Below, one piece after another: positions 1-10,254 of a stretch of DNA of 64,000 nucleotides. The stretch lies in assembly GCA_965659815.1 (NCBI GenBank), contig CBFHXO010000003.1, forward strand, positions 3,520 through 67,519. The letters run 5' to 3'. Within the stretch, counting starts at the first letter, position 1, and each line of letters opens with the position of its first letter. The notes beneath the pieces were generated by a model. It saw only the letters and a program-made list of their open reading frames with translations, did not search any database and was not told where the DNA came from. The DNA is from Pseudomonadales bacterium. GTDB taxonomy: Bacteria; Pseudomonadota; Gammaproteobacteria; Pseudomonadales; UBA7434. A program made the translations under genes and the position numbers.

Positions 1-1013
1 TCAATGCGCTCTTCGGGACTTAACACGGTTAAGGGGCCAAAATTCTGGTGCATAAAAAACGGGTTAACCGTACCGTGATAGCTCATCAAGACATTAACGG
101 GGCGCGCCCCAACATGAGCCACCAGCTGAGCGCCTTCTTTATTGGCCTGCTCAACAAATGCCAGCTGCTCTTTCACACGCTCCCATTGCTCGTTGGTCTG
201 GTAAAACAATACAAAATTAAAGCGACAGTTATTCTCTATCGACAAGCGCTTCATCCATTCCATTTCATCGCGCCATGCATCGTCTTCCCAGTCGGATACC
301 ATGCCGTAAAAGCCTTTACCCAATTCACCCATTTTTTGGCCAATACCAAATAACTCATCTTCTTCAGAGTAGGTACCGGGCATTGATAAACCATTACGGG
401 TTTTGTGCAGCTCCGTTCGAGAAGTGGTAAAGCCAACGGCGCCAGCTGCAATACCTTCGGCCACCAGCTGCGACATTTTTTCAACATCTTCTGGGGTCGC
501 GCGCTCATTATTGGCACCGCGGTCACCCATCACATAGGTACGAATCGCACAGTGCGGTACTTGCGCAGCAACATTAACCGCGCGAGGAATCTCATCGAGC
601 GCATCGAGATATTCAGGAAAGCTTTCCCAGTTCCACTTCACCCCTTCAGCCAACGCAGCGCCAGGAATATCTTCGACATCTTCAACCACTTCAATCAGCT
701 GTTGGTGCGCGGTTTCGTTGGGCTTGCACGGCGCAAAACCAATACCGCAATTGCCCATAACCAAAGTCGTTATACCGTGGTGGTTGGCGGGACTGCAAAA
801 TGGGTCCCAGGTTGCCTGTCCATCCATATGCGAATGGGTATCGACCCAGCCCGGTGTAACCAGGTGGCCCTTGGCATCGATTTGCTGTTTTGCACTGCCA
901 TCAACAGTACCAATTGCTGCGATAACACCGTCTTTAATCGCAATATCACCGGCGTACGCATCTTGACCTGTGCCATCAACAATACGGCCGTTTTTGATAA
1001 TTAAATCGTACAT
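1..1013 (-). CDS. Amidohydrolase-family protein, N-acyl-D-amino-acid deacylase (D-aminoacylase)-like; N-terminal part only, ORF runs off the left edge
   Basis: Absent from the ORF track because no stop lies in the window. The reverse complement from the ATG at 1013 reads MYDLIIKNGRIVDGTGQDAYAGDIAIKDGVIAAIGTVDGSAKQQIDAKGHLVTPGWVDTHSHMDGQATWDP...GITTLVMGNCGIGFAPCKP. This is the HxH metal-binding start of the amidohydrolase fold. The 405..1004 + ORF is its antisense shadow. Confidence 0.7.
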   Translation of the reverse strand, partial: MYDLIIKNGRIVDGTGQDAYAGDIAIKDGVIAAIGTVDGSAKQQIDAKGHLVTPGWVDTHSHMDGQATWDPFCSPANHHGITTLVMGNCGIGFAPCKPNETAHQQLIEVVEDVEDIPGAALAEGVKWNWESFPEYLDALDEIPRAVNVAAQVPHCAIRTYVMGDRGANNERATPEDVEKMSQLVAEGIAAGAVGFTTSRTELHKTRNGLSMPGTYSEEDELFGIGQKMGELGKGFYGMVSDWEDDAWRDEMEWMKRLSIENNCRFNFVLFYQTNEQWERVKEQLAFVEQANKEGAQLVAHVGARPVNVLMSYHGTVNPFFMHQNFGPLTVLSPEERI

Positions 1014-1179
1014 AGTTGCCTCGTTAGCATTAAGTGGGCATTGCTAGTTTCGCCCTGCGGCCCAACCCGACTCCAGCATCATTGCCAAAAATTTCGGGTA
1101 AGCCTATGAAAAATATCAATTTAGTACTCGCACAGCCATTAACAATTGAACCCTAGATCCGGTGGCTGCGCGAATGTAT

Positions 1180-2346
1180 TTAACCCACCACTTTACTGGC
1201 AAATGCGCGAATTTCAGTGACAAATTCGCTCGGTCTTTCCATTGCCGCAAAATGGCCGCCTTTATCAAAACTTTGCCACTGCACAATATCGCTATAGACA
1301 TTGTCGCACCACTTGCGCGGATAGCGCATCAGCTCTTTAGGATAACGGGCAACGCCGGTGGGTACGGTTACAGGCTGTTCAAGAAATTTAAGTCGCGCAT
1401 TTTGGGTGACTTCGTAGTACAGCCGGGTTGACGAACAAATACTTTGAGTAAACCAGTAAACCGAGATATTGGTAAGCAATTCGTCTTTATCTAACACCGA
1501 TTCTATGTCGCCCTCGCAATCCATCCAGCAGTGGAATTTTTCGGTGATCCACGCACATAAACCGGCGGGCGAATCGTTTAAGCCCACACCAAGGGTTTGC
1601 GGTTTGGTACCCTGAATTTTCTGGTAGCCGGTTTCCATTGCATCAAAGTGCGCCATATCAGCCAAATCATCTAGCTCACTTTGTGACAAGCCTTCATTGG
1701 GATCTTCAGTCACAGGAAAGCCAAACGGCATATTCAAATGAATCCCGTAAAGGTGTGCAGCGTCAACAATACCAATATTGGAGGTGATAATAGCGCCCCA
1801 GTCACCGCCTTGAGCAATATATTTTTCATAGCGCAGGCGCGCCATTAGCGTGGCAAACATTTCTGCCATTGCCAATGCATCAACTTGCTCACGCAGTGTT
1901 GTACCCGAAAATCCGTAACCGGGCAGTGACGGGCAAACCACATGAAACGCATCATCGGCACTACCACCGTGAGATTCGGGGTCTATTAACGGATCAATAA
2001 TTTTTAAAAACTCAACAATCGTGCCGGGCCAACCATGGCTGATAATTAACGGCGTGGCATTGTCGTGTTTTGAACGCGCATGAATAAAATGAATATCGTG
2101 GCCGTCAATTTCAGTGATAAATTGAGGGAAGCGATTAATCTCAGCTTCGTGTTTGCGCCAGTCGTAGTCGTTAGCCCAGTAGTCGCAGAGCTGCTGCACA
2201 TAACTGGTTTTTGCACCGTAGCGCCACTGCGTACCCGGAATCTGGTCGGGCCAGCGGGTTTGTTGTAAGCGATTTTTTAAGTCGGCCAGCGCCTGGTCGG
2301 GCACAGCCACTGTAAATGGCTTTATAGCGTTACTCATGGGTGTCAC
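1180..2346 (-). CDS. Epoxide hydrolase, microsomal-type (N-terminal EHN domain plus alpha/beta hydrolase)
   Basis: 388-aa ORF. The N-terminus IKPFTVAVPDQALADLKNRLQQTRWPD is typical of the epoxide-hydrolase N-terminal domain. An HGWPGT oxyanion-hole motif (HGXP) is present. Confidence 0.85.
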   Translation of the reverse strand: MTPMSNAIKPFTVAVPDQALADLKNRLQQTRWPDQIPGTQWRYGAKTSYVQQLCDYWANDYDWRKHEAEINRFPQFITEIDGHDIHFIHARSKHDNATPLIISHGWPGTIVEFLKIIDPLIDPESHGGSADDAFHVVCPSLPGYGFSGTTLREQVDALAMAEMFATLMARLRYEKYIAQGGDWGAIITSNIGIVDAAHLYGIHLNMPFGFPVTEDPNEGLSQSELDDLADMAHFDAMETGYQKIQGTKPQTLGVGLNDSPAGLCAWITEKFHCWMDCEGDIESVLDKDELLTNISVYWFTQSICSSTRLYYEVTQNARLKFLEQPVTVPTGVARYPKELMRYPRKWCDNVYSDIVQWQSFDKGGHFAAMERPSEFVTEIRAFASKVVG

Positions 2347-2581
2347 CGTTTTTGTAAAGGTATGGGAATTAATGCGAGGTGCAAATCATATGCCACGCAT
2401 TGTAAGCGCTGTACAGGCCACACAACATTAACCCTGAGATACACTTTGGCAGTAACGGCTAGTTAACACTGCATCGCTGGCCCAATTAGGTGCACCGATT
2501 TCAGCACTAGTCACTAGAAGTTTAACAATCTCAGCTTCAATATTCTCAGGCTCAGGCTAAACAGTCCCAGACCTAAGGGCG

Positions 2582-3781
2582 TCAGGGGCCAAAACGCTGG
2601 GCAATGCCCGCCCGACGCTCGGCTAAGTCGTGAGCTCTTTGTGCAGCACCAACCTGACCAAGTAGTTGAGCATAATCGCTGTGTAGCTCTGTCAGAGAAA
2701 TCTGCTCAGCCACTGGCCGCGGATACTCATCGCAGCCAATCCATCGATAGGTCACATAGCCTTCTTGGTGGCCGGAAGGATCTAACCAGTTTTTTGCACC
2801 CAGGTCCTCATGGGTAATTACAATCACCAGCTCGCCATTGTCTTCGAGCCTTGCGTGGTGACAGTTGGTACTGCTAAAGCGATTACGGTAGTCCATTGTC
2901 TCCCACCAGTAATTGCCAAACTCTACCGCCCAGTAGTCGGCCTTGGGCGGCGTTACCCGTAAAATTAACGCTTCATCTTTGGGCAATTTCCAATAGGCAA
3001 TAATCGGCGCGCCGCCAGGCGTGAAGTCGATTTTATTTTTTTCCAGCTCGCCGTAACTTAAAAAGGTATTAGGCTGCACCTTCCATTTATCAATCATATC
3101 GGCCCAATAGGTGGTGGACCACTTAACCCAGTGACTGGATTTTGCTAAACCGCGCGCCAAATCATCAGGGGTAAATTCCGGATGCGGCCCAGTATTACTT
3201 AAGCACTCGATATGCGCCTGCATGGGCGCCTCTCCTAACCAGTCGGCAAAAAACTGCCTGAAGGTAATACGATAGGAATCGAGCGACGTTTGCATCCAGT
3301 TACTTTTTCCCTCATCGAGGTCTGCGGGTTTTTCTGGACCAATAAACAATTCAAAGCCGCCGTCGGCATCAAAGTGCAAGTCTTTTGCCAGCCGTGTATT
3401 CACCACCCCACCACCCCAGGGCGTGTTACCGTTTTCTAAAATGGTAATGGCAAAGTACTTCGCCGAACCACGGTTGCCGTAAATGCGATAGCTATGTTGC
3501 CCATTGATTGGTGCACCACTGTAATGCGCATCGGTATTATCACCGCCCTGCTTGCGCAACGGGTCGAAGTAATGCAGCAAGGCGGGAAAATCGGGGTTGT
3601 TGTTTTCCATTTCAAACTGCATGGCCAGCGAAATATTGCGCGCCAGCAAGCGCAGACCAGTGGCGCGGGTAATTTCGCTATCGGGTATGCCCTCGCGAAA
3701 AATCAAATCGCCGCTGGCTTTTAAGTCGTCACAAAACTGATGCCAGGTTTCGCGTAACATTTTGTCGCTTTGCTCACTCAT
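2582..3781 (-). CDS. Conserved hypothetical protein, DUF1214-like (tentative)
   Basis: 399-aa ORF with good coding appearance. The segment GGDNTDAHYSGAPINGQHSYRIYGNRGSAKYF resembles DUF1214-family proteins from memory. No catalytic motif was recognised. Confidence 0.5.
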   Translation of the reverse strand: MSEQSDKMLRETWHQFCDDLKASGDLIFREGIPDSEITRATGLRLLARNISLAMQFEMENNNPDFPALLHYFDPLRKQGGDNTDAHYSGAPINGQHSYRIYGNRGSAKYFAITILENGNTPWGGGVVNTRLAKDLHFDADGGFELFIGPEKPADLDEGKSNWMQTSLDSYRITFRQFFADWLGEAPMQAHIECLSNTGPHPEFTPDDLARGLAKSSHWVKWSTTYWADMIDKWKVQPNTFLSYGELEKNKIDFTPGGAPIIAYWKLPKDEALILRVTPPKADYWAVEFGNYWWETMDYRNRFSSTNCHHARLEDNGELVIVITHEDLGAKNWLDPSGHQEGYVTYRWIGCDEYPRPVAEQISLTELHSDYAQLLGQVGAAQRAHDLAERRAGIAQRFGP

Positions 3782-3829
3782 CGTAATAACCTTTTATTTC
3801 ATCCGTGCAGACGCCACTGCCTGCAAATG

Positions 3830-4423
3830 CTAATTATTTTTCAGTTCGGCAACCATATGCCGAATTTCTTTTTTCATTCGCCTTAGGTGATAGTCTTTAG
3901 GATTGTGAACGGCCGCACAGCTCAAGCCCGAAATCTTAAACAGCAAGCGCTGAGCCATTAGATTCAATTCTTTGTTGGTCACAATTTCACCGTTATTAAC
4001 CGCGACTTTTAATTCCGCCATAAAATGACTGGTGGTTTTGCTAAAACGCGATTGCTGTTCTTTATTAAGTGCGGGGTCAACACAGGCCATTGCCCAAAAC
4101 AGCATTCGGATTTTCCACTCCATGCGAATCGCTTCGTTAACCGGCAATGTTGACAGCAGGCGCGCCTCAATGGCGGCTAGACCGGTTTTACCTTTCACTG
4201 CACTATTAGCGCGTTCGTAGTAACGCTGATTAGCCCAGTCTAGCGAAGCCGATACAAGATCCGATTTATTCTCAAAGTAATGTTCGATAATGCCTTTAGA
4301 ATAACCGCTTGCTTTTGCCAGTTCGCGAAACGTTACCGCCTCAATGCCCCGCTCTGAAATTAGCAGCGCACTGACGGCGGTAATTTCATCGCGGCGTTGT
4401 TGATGATCGACAATTTTAGGCAT
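3830..4423 (-). CDS. TetR/AcrR family transcriptional regulator
   Basis: 197 aa. N-terminal helix-turn-helix ITAVSALLISERGIEAVTFRELAKASGYSKGIIEHYFENKSDLV. Confidence 0.9.
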   Translation of the reverse strand: MPKIVDHQQRRDEITAVSALLISERGIEAVTFRELAKASGYSKGIIEHYFENKSDLVSASLDWANQRYYERANSAVKGKTGLAAIEARLLSTLPVNEAIRMEWKIRMLFWAMACVDPALNKEQQSRFSKTTSHFMAELKVAVNNGEIVTNKELNLMAQRLLFKISGLSCAAVHNPKDYHLRRMKKEIRHMVAELKNN

Positions 4424-4512
4424 AGACAGCGGATACCCGCACTAACGCTTGCAAATAGGGCTTACCAATATGACTTACAAATAGCACGCGTAATTCAATC
4501 AGCGACAAGCCG

Positions 4513-5343
4513 TTAATGCATATAAGCGCCACCGCTTACGCTAATCATCTGGCCGGTGATATAGCCAGACACATCCGATGCCAAAAACATTGTAAGGTTC
4601 GCAATATCTTCGGGGCGACCCAATCGGGGAATAGGCAGGCCACTCATATTAAACAACGTGCCTTCCTCAAGATCCCTTTGCATATCGTCGGGTCGACCAA
4701 TCATTTCAAAACCAAAGCGATTCCAAAAGCTGCCTTCGCCCACATGCTCTTCTTTTTCGGGCACAATCCAACCTGGGCAGATATTATTAACCCGCACGCC
4801 TTGCTTCGCCCACTCCCAGGCCAGGCTTTTTGAGAATGAATTCACAAAGCCTTTCACGCCACCGTAATGCGCGATACCGGCGGCGGCCTCGCCTAGCAAT
4901 GAAGAGTTCGAAGAAATATTAATAATACTACCGGAGCGGCCTAACATGTCTTTGGCAACGGCCTGGCAGCAATTCACCACGCCATCGATATTGAGTTTTA
5001 TTTCCCAGTCGCGATTTTCTTTTGATAGCGTTTCCAACGTTGAGGTTTCGGCGACGCCGCCAGCGTTATTTACCAGCACATCTACCAAACCGAACGCCTT
5101 GTGGCATTCTTCAACCATGGCATCGACAGATGCACGGTCGGTAACATCGGTAGCAACAGGCAGTACTTTACCGGGCAGTTGCTGCTGCCTCGCCAGATCG
5201 ACTAACAGGGCACCCTGTTTAGTATCGCGTGAAGCGCTAATCACGTTTGCACCCTCGCGCGCAAACTCAAGAACCAGACCGCGGCCAATACCGCCACTAC
5301 CACCGGTGACGATGACATTTTTATTCTTAAGTCCTAAATCCAT
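4513..5343 (-). CDS. Short-chain dehydrogenase/reductase (SDR)
   Basis: The track ORF 4513..5478 starts at a GTG. The likely start is the ATG at 5343, giving MDLGLKNKNVIVTGGSGGIGRG (the TGxxxGxG Rossmann motif). YGGVK supplies the catalytic YxxxK. Confidence 0.85.
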   Translation of the reverse strand: MDLGLKNKNVIVTGGSGGIGRGLVLEFAREGANVISASRDTKQGALLVDLARQQQLPGKVLPVATDVTDRASVDAMVEECHKAFGLVDVLVNNAGGVAETSTLETLSKENRDWEIKLNIDGVVNCCQAVAKDMLGRSGSIINISSNSSLLGEAAAGIAHYGGVKGFVNSFSKSLAWEWAKQGVRVNNICPGWIVPEKEEHVGEGSFWNRFGFEMIGRPDDMQRDLEEGTLFNMSGLPIPRLGRPEDIANLTMFLASDVSGYITGQMISVSGGAYMH

Positions 5344-5451
5344 TGCTCTACTCTCTTTAATTAGGAATCTGTATTGCAAATTGCTTGGAATAATCGCTGT
5401 TGAAAATCGCGATTGCATTATCACTAGCGGGCTGTTCAATAAACGGACTGA

Positions 5452-5501
5452 AACAGTCTTGAATATTATAGGACGCACGTCCTATAATATTCAAGACTGT
5501 T
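5452..5501. promoter_or_regulatory. 50-bp palindrome (24-bp perfect arms, 2-nt centre) forming overlapping divergent promoters and a probable TetR operator
   Basis: The sequence is aacagtcttgaatattataggacg-ca-cgtcctataatattcaagactgtt. Each strand reads TTGAAT, 18 nt, then TATAAT (+ strand -35 at 5459-5464, -10 at 5483-5488). It lies between the SDR-TetR operon (-) and the sulfotransferase gene (+). Confidence 0.6.
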
Positions 5502-5530
5502 AACGCGAATTAAAATAAACAGGATTAACT

Positions 5531-6751
5531 ATGAGTTCACCGAAAAATCCCGACTGGGTTATTCAGGCGAATCAGGAAGGTCTGCACTTCGATTTGGAGT
5601 CGGTAGTGCCACTGGATTTTGATGCCCTGGTCAACACCGCGATGCGCAAATCTGGCCTTAAAGATTTTGGTGAAGACTACTGGCGTTCGCCTTTGCAGAT
5701 GATGTGCGACGACCTTGATCAGCTAGCTGAGCTAACATTGTATGGTCGTTTAATGGCGCGAAGTGATATTTTGCAGTGGTTAAACACGCGATTACAAATT
5801 ATTGATTTATGTAAACAGCATCCTGAAATTCTTGAACAGCCGGTGCCAACGCCAACATTTATTGTTGGTCTACCGCGTTCGGGCACATCGATTTTATTTG
5901 AAGTATTAGCGCAAGACCCGGATGTTGGCGTTCCGGAGATGTGGGAGGCGTTAATTCCCTGCCCGCCGCCGGAGGCGGCGACTTACGACACTGACCCGCG
6001 TATTGAGCAGGCACACCAGCTGGTTACGCAATGGAACCGTATGGTGCCGGAGTTTGCCACCATGCATGAGATGGCTGGTCGGATCCCTAGTGAGTGTGGT
6101 TTATTAATGGCGGGGAGTTTTATTAGTGATCACAATGCCTCGTTGCATATGACGGACAATTATGGTGGCTGGCATGCACAGGCTGATTTAACCAAGGCTT
6201 ACGAGTGGCACAAGATTGTGCTGCAGGTATTGCAATGGAAGAACCCACGCAAGCGTTGGTTATTAAAGGCGCCGGCGCATCAAAGCAAACTGGACGTATT
6301 GTTAAAAATCTATCCTGATGCTCAGATTATTCAAACGCATCGTGACCCGATTGCCTGTATGGGTTCGGCGACCAGTTTGATGGCGTGTCTATATAAAATG
6401 CGTCGTGATAAGGCGTTTAATGCCGCGGCGTTTGACGAGTTTTTGGTGGGTGAGGCCACGGCGCAACGGCTTGAGTTGGTGATAGATCAAGTGGCCGATG
6501 GTGTGGTGCCGGAGAGTCGTATTTGTGATTCGCGGTATTGTGATTTGATGGATGAGCCGATTGCCTGTGTTGAAAAGATTTATGGGCATTTTGGTATGCC
6601 GCTGAGTGATGGGACTAAACAGCGGATGTTGGATTATTTGGCGGGTAAGCCTAAGGGGAAATTTGGTAAGCATAGTTATGAGTCTGATGCTTCGGATAGG
6701 CATTGGTTTAAGCGGTATCAGGAGTATTATGGGGTGCCGTCGGAGGTTTAG
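5531..6751 (+). CDS. Sulfotransferase family protein (PAPS-dependent type)
   Basis: 406 aa. GLPRSGTSILFEVL is a 5'-phosphosulfate-binding P-loop-like motif. THRDP is a 3'-phosphate-binding-type motif. Confidence 0.75.
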   Translation: MSSPKNPDWVIQANQEGLHFDLESVVPLDFDALVNTAMRKSGLKDFGEDYWRSPLQMMCDDLDQLAELTLYGRLMARSDILQWLNTRLQIIDLCKQHPEILEQPVPTPTFIVGLPRSGTSILFEVLAQDPDVGVPEMWEALIPCPPPEAATYDTDPRIEQAHQLVTQWNRMVPEFATMHEMAGRIPSECGLLMAGSFISDHNASLHMTDNYGGWHAQADLTKAYEWHKIVLQVLQWKNPRKRWLLKAPAHQSKLDVLLKIYPDAQIIQTHRDPIACMGSATSLMACLYKMRRDKAFNAAAFDEFLVGEATAQRLELVIDQVADGVVPESRICDSRYCDLMDEPIACVEKIYGHFGMPLSDGTKQRMLDYLAGKPKGKFGKHSYESDASDRHWFKRYQEYYGVPSEV

Positions 6752-6886
6752 ATTTGAAGGGAGAGGGAGTTAATGTTTTTCTGGATTGCTAACAGGGTTG
6801 GTTTTTTTTGGTTGGTGGGTGAAGTGGGCGATTTACTATTTTTCTGAATTGCTTACAGCGTTCTCAGCACGGCATGCCCTGCTGGT

Positions 6887-6924
6887 CAGTTACTTTCTTT
6901 TACTTGTGTAAAAGAAAGTAACTG
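6887..6924. terminator. Long hairpin between convergent genes (possible bidirectional terminator)
   Basis: The stem is 16 bp and perfect, cagttactttctttta / taaaagaaagtaactg, with loop cttgtg. Imperfect pairing extends it outward to about 34 bp. No clean U-tract follows on either side. Confidence 0.45.
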
Positions 6925-6978
6925 GCCTTCAGGACAAAAACACCTTTTAAATCCACCAACACACTAAGAAAAGAACTA

Positions 6979-7018
6979 CCAACAAGCCAACAAGCCAACA
7001 AGCCAACAAGCCAACAAG
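6979..7018. repeat. Octanucleotide tandem repeat (ccaacaag) x5
   Basis: Five perfect head-to-tail copies are visible directly. They lie 67 bp beyond the purA stop, in the convergent intergenic region. Confidence 0.9.
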
Positions 7019-7084
7019 AAAAAAACACGGCCATGCTAAAAGATCAACTAAGAACAAAGCTCACAACCGCTCTTTTCAAAAAAA

Positions 7085-8407
<1,323 letters not shown>

Positions 8408-8453
8408 CTATTAAGCTAAATGTTGATAAAATTGGCTAAAAACAGCAGAACGG

Positions 8454-9713
8454 TCAGTCGCGCACAAGCCACTGACCATCTTCTAATACCAATTGTCGCG
8501 ACGGCTTTTGTGACGCCGACTCACCATCAAATACCACAACCTCACCGGCCTGACGCAACTCACATACCGCCTGCCATAACGCAGCGTCTTCACCCGCTGG
8601 CGCACTTGCCGGTGCTGAGATTATTTCCTGCACCACTTGAGCTGCACCGCGATCACCCGCACGACTGCCCAAAAAATCAATCAGGGCTTTAATGTCCGCA
8701 TTAAAACCCGTGGCAGAACGCGCCGCGCCAAATACCTTGCCGATATTGTCGTAGCGCCCACCGTTAGCCAGCGCTAAACCATGCCCATCGGCATAGGCTG
8801 CAAACACCAGCCCGGTATGATATTCGTAACCGCGAATTTCAGCTAAATCGAAGTAGACTTCAACATCGCTGAAACGCTGCGAAATAATATCGGCTACCGC
8901 TTTGAGCTGCGCAATCGCTTCACCCACGCCATCACCTAATGCGGCAAGCAATGCGCTTGCCTTATCGAGCACTTCAATACCACCGCATAATTCGGGTAGC
9001 TGGTAAAGCAAATCAGCAAGCGAGGCGTCGGTTATTAAGTCTGGCAACAGGTGTTTTAAATCCGGCTGCGACTTGCGCTGAATGGCATTAAAAATTAATG
9101 CCCGCCCATCTTCATCAAGTTCTGGACTGGCCGCCTGCACGGCTTCAAACACCACCTTGTAAATGGATACATGACCCAGGTCCAGCGTGAGCTTGCATAT
9201 ACCCTTACCGGCATTGCCATTGGCATTGGCATAGGCCCCATCGATCACCTGCAAGGATTCAAGCAATAAAGAGATCACCTCAATATCCGCTGCAACAGAG
9301 GCATCACCGTATATCTCTGCACCCACTTGGATAGGGCAGCGTGAGGCCATTAATGTTTTTGGTCGGGTGTGCAATACGCTCCCGGCATAACACAAGCGCC
9401 GTGTGCCGGCTGCACCATCACCTTTTAAACTATGTGCATCAATACGCGCTGTTTGCGGCGTAATATCGGCCCGCACCGCCATACTCTTGCCGCTTATCTG
9501 GTCTGTTAGGCGAAAGCTTTGGGTTTCTATATCCTTGCCCATACCAATAAGCAAAGAGTCGGTAAACTCAATCAGCGGCGGAACCACCAATTGGTAACCC
9601 CAGCTTTTAAACAAATCCAGTATATTGCGCCTAAGCTGCTCGGCAATGGCCGCACGCTCGGGCAATAGTTCATCGACGCCTTCAGGAAGCATCCAGCGCT
9701 CAACACTCGTCAT
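8454..9713 (-). CDS. hisZ: ATP phosphoribosyltransferase regulatory subunit
   Basis: 419 aa with a HisS-like fold lacking the anticodon domain. N-terminus WMLPEGVDELLPERA. Its position directly upstream of purA is as in other gammaproteobacteria. Confidence 0.88.
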   Translation of the reverse strand: MTSVERWMLPEGVDELLPERAAIAEQLRRNILDLFKSWGYQLVVPPLIEFTDSLLIGMGKDIETQSFRLTDQISGKSMAVRADITPQTARIDAHSLKGDGAAGTRRLCYAGSVLHTRPKTLMASRCPIQVGAEIYGDASVAADIEVISLLLESLQVIDGAYANANGNAGKGICKLTLDLGHVSIYKVVFEAVQAASPELDEDGRALIFNAIQRKSQPDLKHLLPDLITDASLADLLYQLPELCGGIEVLDKASALLAALGDGVGEAIAQLKAVADIISQRFSDVEVYFDLAEIRGYEYHTGLVFAAYADGHGLALANGGRYDNIGKVFGAARSATGFNADIKALIDFLGSRAGDRGAAQVVQEIISAPASAPAGEDAALWQAVCELRQAGEVVVFDGESASQKPSRQLVLEDGQWLVRD

Positions 9714-9882
9714 TGGCAGTACCTGCTTTTTCTCAACATACGGCGTTAATCAATTCTTGTCGGTTTAACGAATTTTGTTGCTATCGCTGTCTACTGCAGC
9801 ATCGCTGCAGGGGTAAAACTTTATTATTTGAGTGGTGCAATTTTAGTTACGGCTTCGAGCATCAGGTTTTTATAACGCCCCA

Positions 9883-10068
9883 CTAGTTCACCAAATAGAG
9901 CAGACCAACACCCATTAGCATACTAAGCAAACCCATTGTGCGAATCCGCTCATCACTCATTCCCAACACGGTTGCAATCAGCACTCGCCAGCGCCTGGGT
10001 GAAATAAACGGCATCATGCCTTCCAGCACCAGCATTAAACACCCAGCAATCATTAGTTCGTGCCACAT
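9883..10068 (-). CDS. DUF2065 (YjeT-like) small membrane protein
   Basis: 61 aa with two hydrophobic helices. It sits in the conserved position after hflC. Confidence 0.7.
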   Translation of the reverse strand: MWHELMIAGCLMLVLEGMMPFISPRRWRVLIATVLGMSDERIRTMGLLSMLMGVGLLYLVN

Positions 10069-10198
10069 TGCGCCTTTGCCATATCATGTTTCAAATACAA
10101 AAGGTTTTAGCTAAAAAATATTTTCGCCACGCACCACTTAAGGCATGCAAATATCGGTTTATGCAAACAAACCATCGTGACGCTTAAACAGCGGCACT

Positions 10199-10234
10199 AA
10201 AAAAGCCGGGTAGGCATGGCTTGCCACCCCGGCT
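10199..10234 (-). terminator. Rho-independent terminator after hflC
   Basis: The minus strand reads AGCCGGG..(17 nt with inner GGCA/UGCC pairs)..CCCGGCU followed by UUUUUU. It begins 21 nt after the hflC stop. Confidence 0.65.
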
Positions 10235-10254
10235 TGATACCACCCGCGGCTGAA

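Noticed and set aside
405-1004. A 199-aa + strand ORF, and many similar long ORFs antisense to real genes. Examples: 4946..5503, 18557..19207, 32848..33297, 41552..42022, 57421..57960, 60951..61457, 62307..62852.
   Set aside because: Each lies entirely within a well-supported gene on the other strand. Their composition is low-complexity or biased (Arg/Ser/Thr/Pro-rich) and they carry no recognisable motifs. These are typical shadow ORFs.
4513-5478. N-terminal extensions suggested by the ORF track for several genes: 4513..5478, 27905..28873, 56432..57445, 59712..61817, 62131..63078.
   Set aside because: The extensions start at non-ATG codons or add non-homologous residues ahead of canonical N-termini (a Rossmann motif, a signal peptide, the Tkt MASRRDLAN start). 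Some would overlap the upstream gene or the palindromic promoter. Internal ATG starts were preferred.
6979-7018. Considered as a possible CRISPR or mini-array.
   Set aside because: The units are 8 bp and contiguous with no spacers, and no cas genes are present. It is a simple microsatellite.
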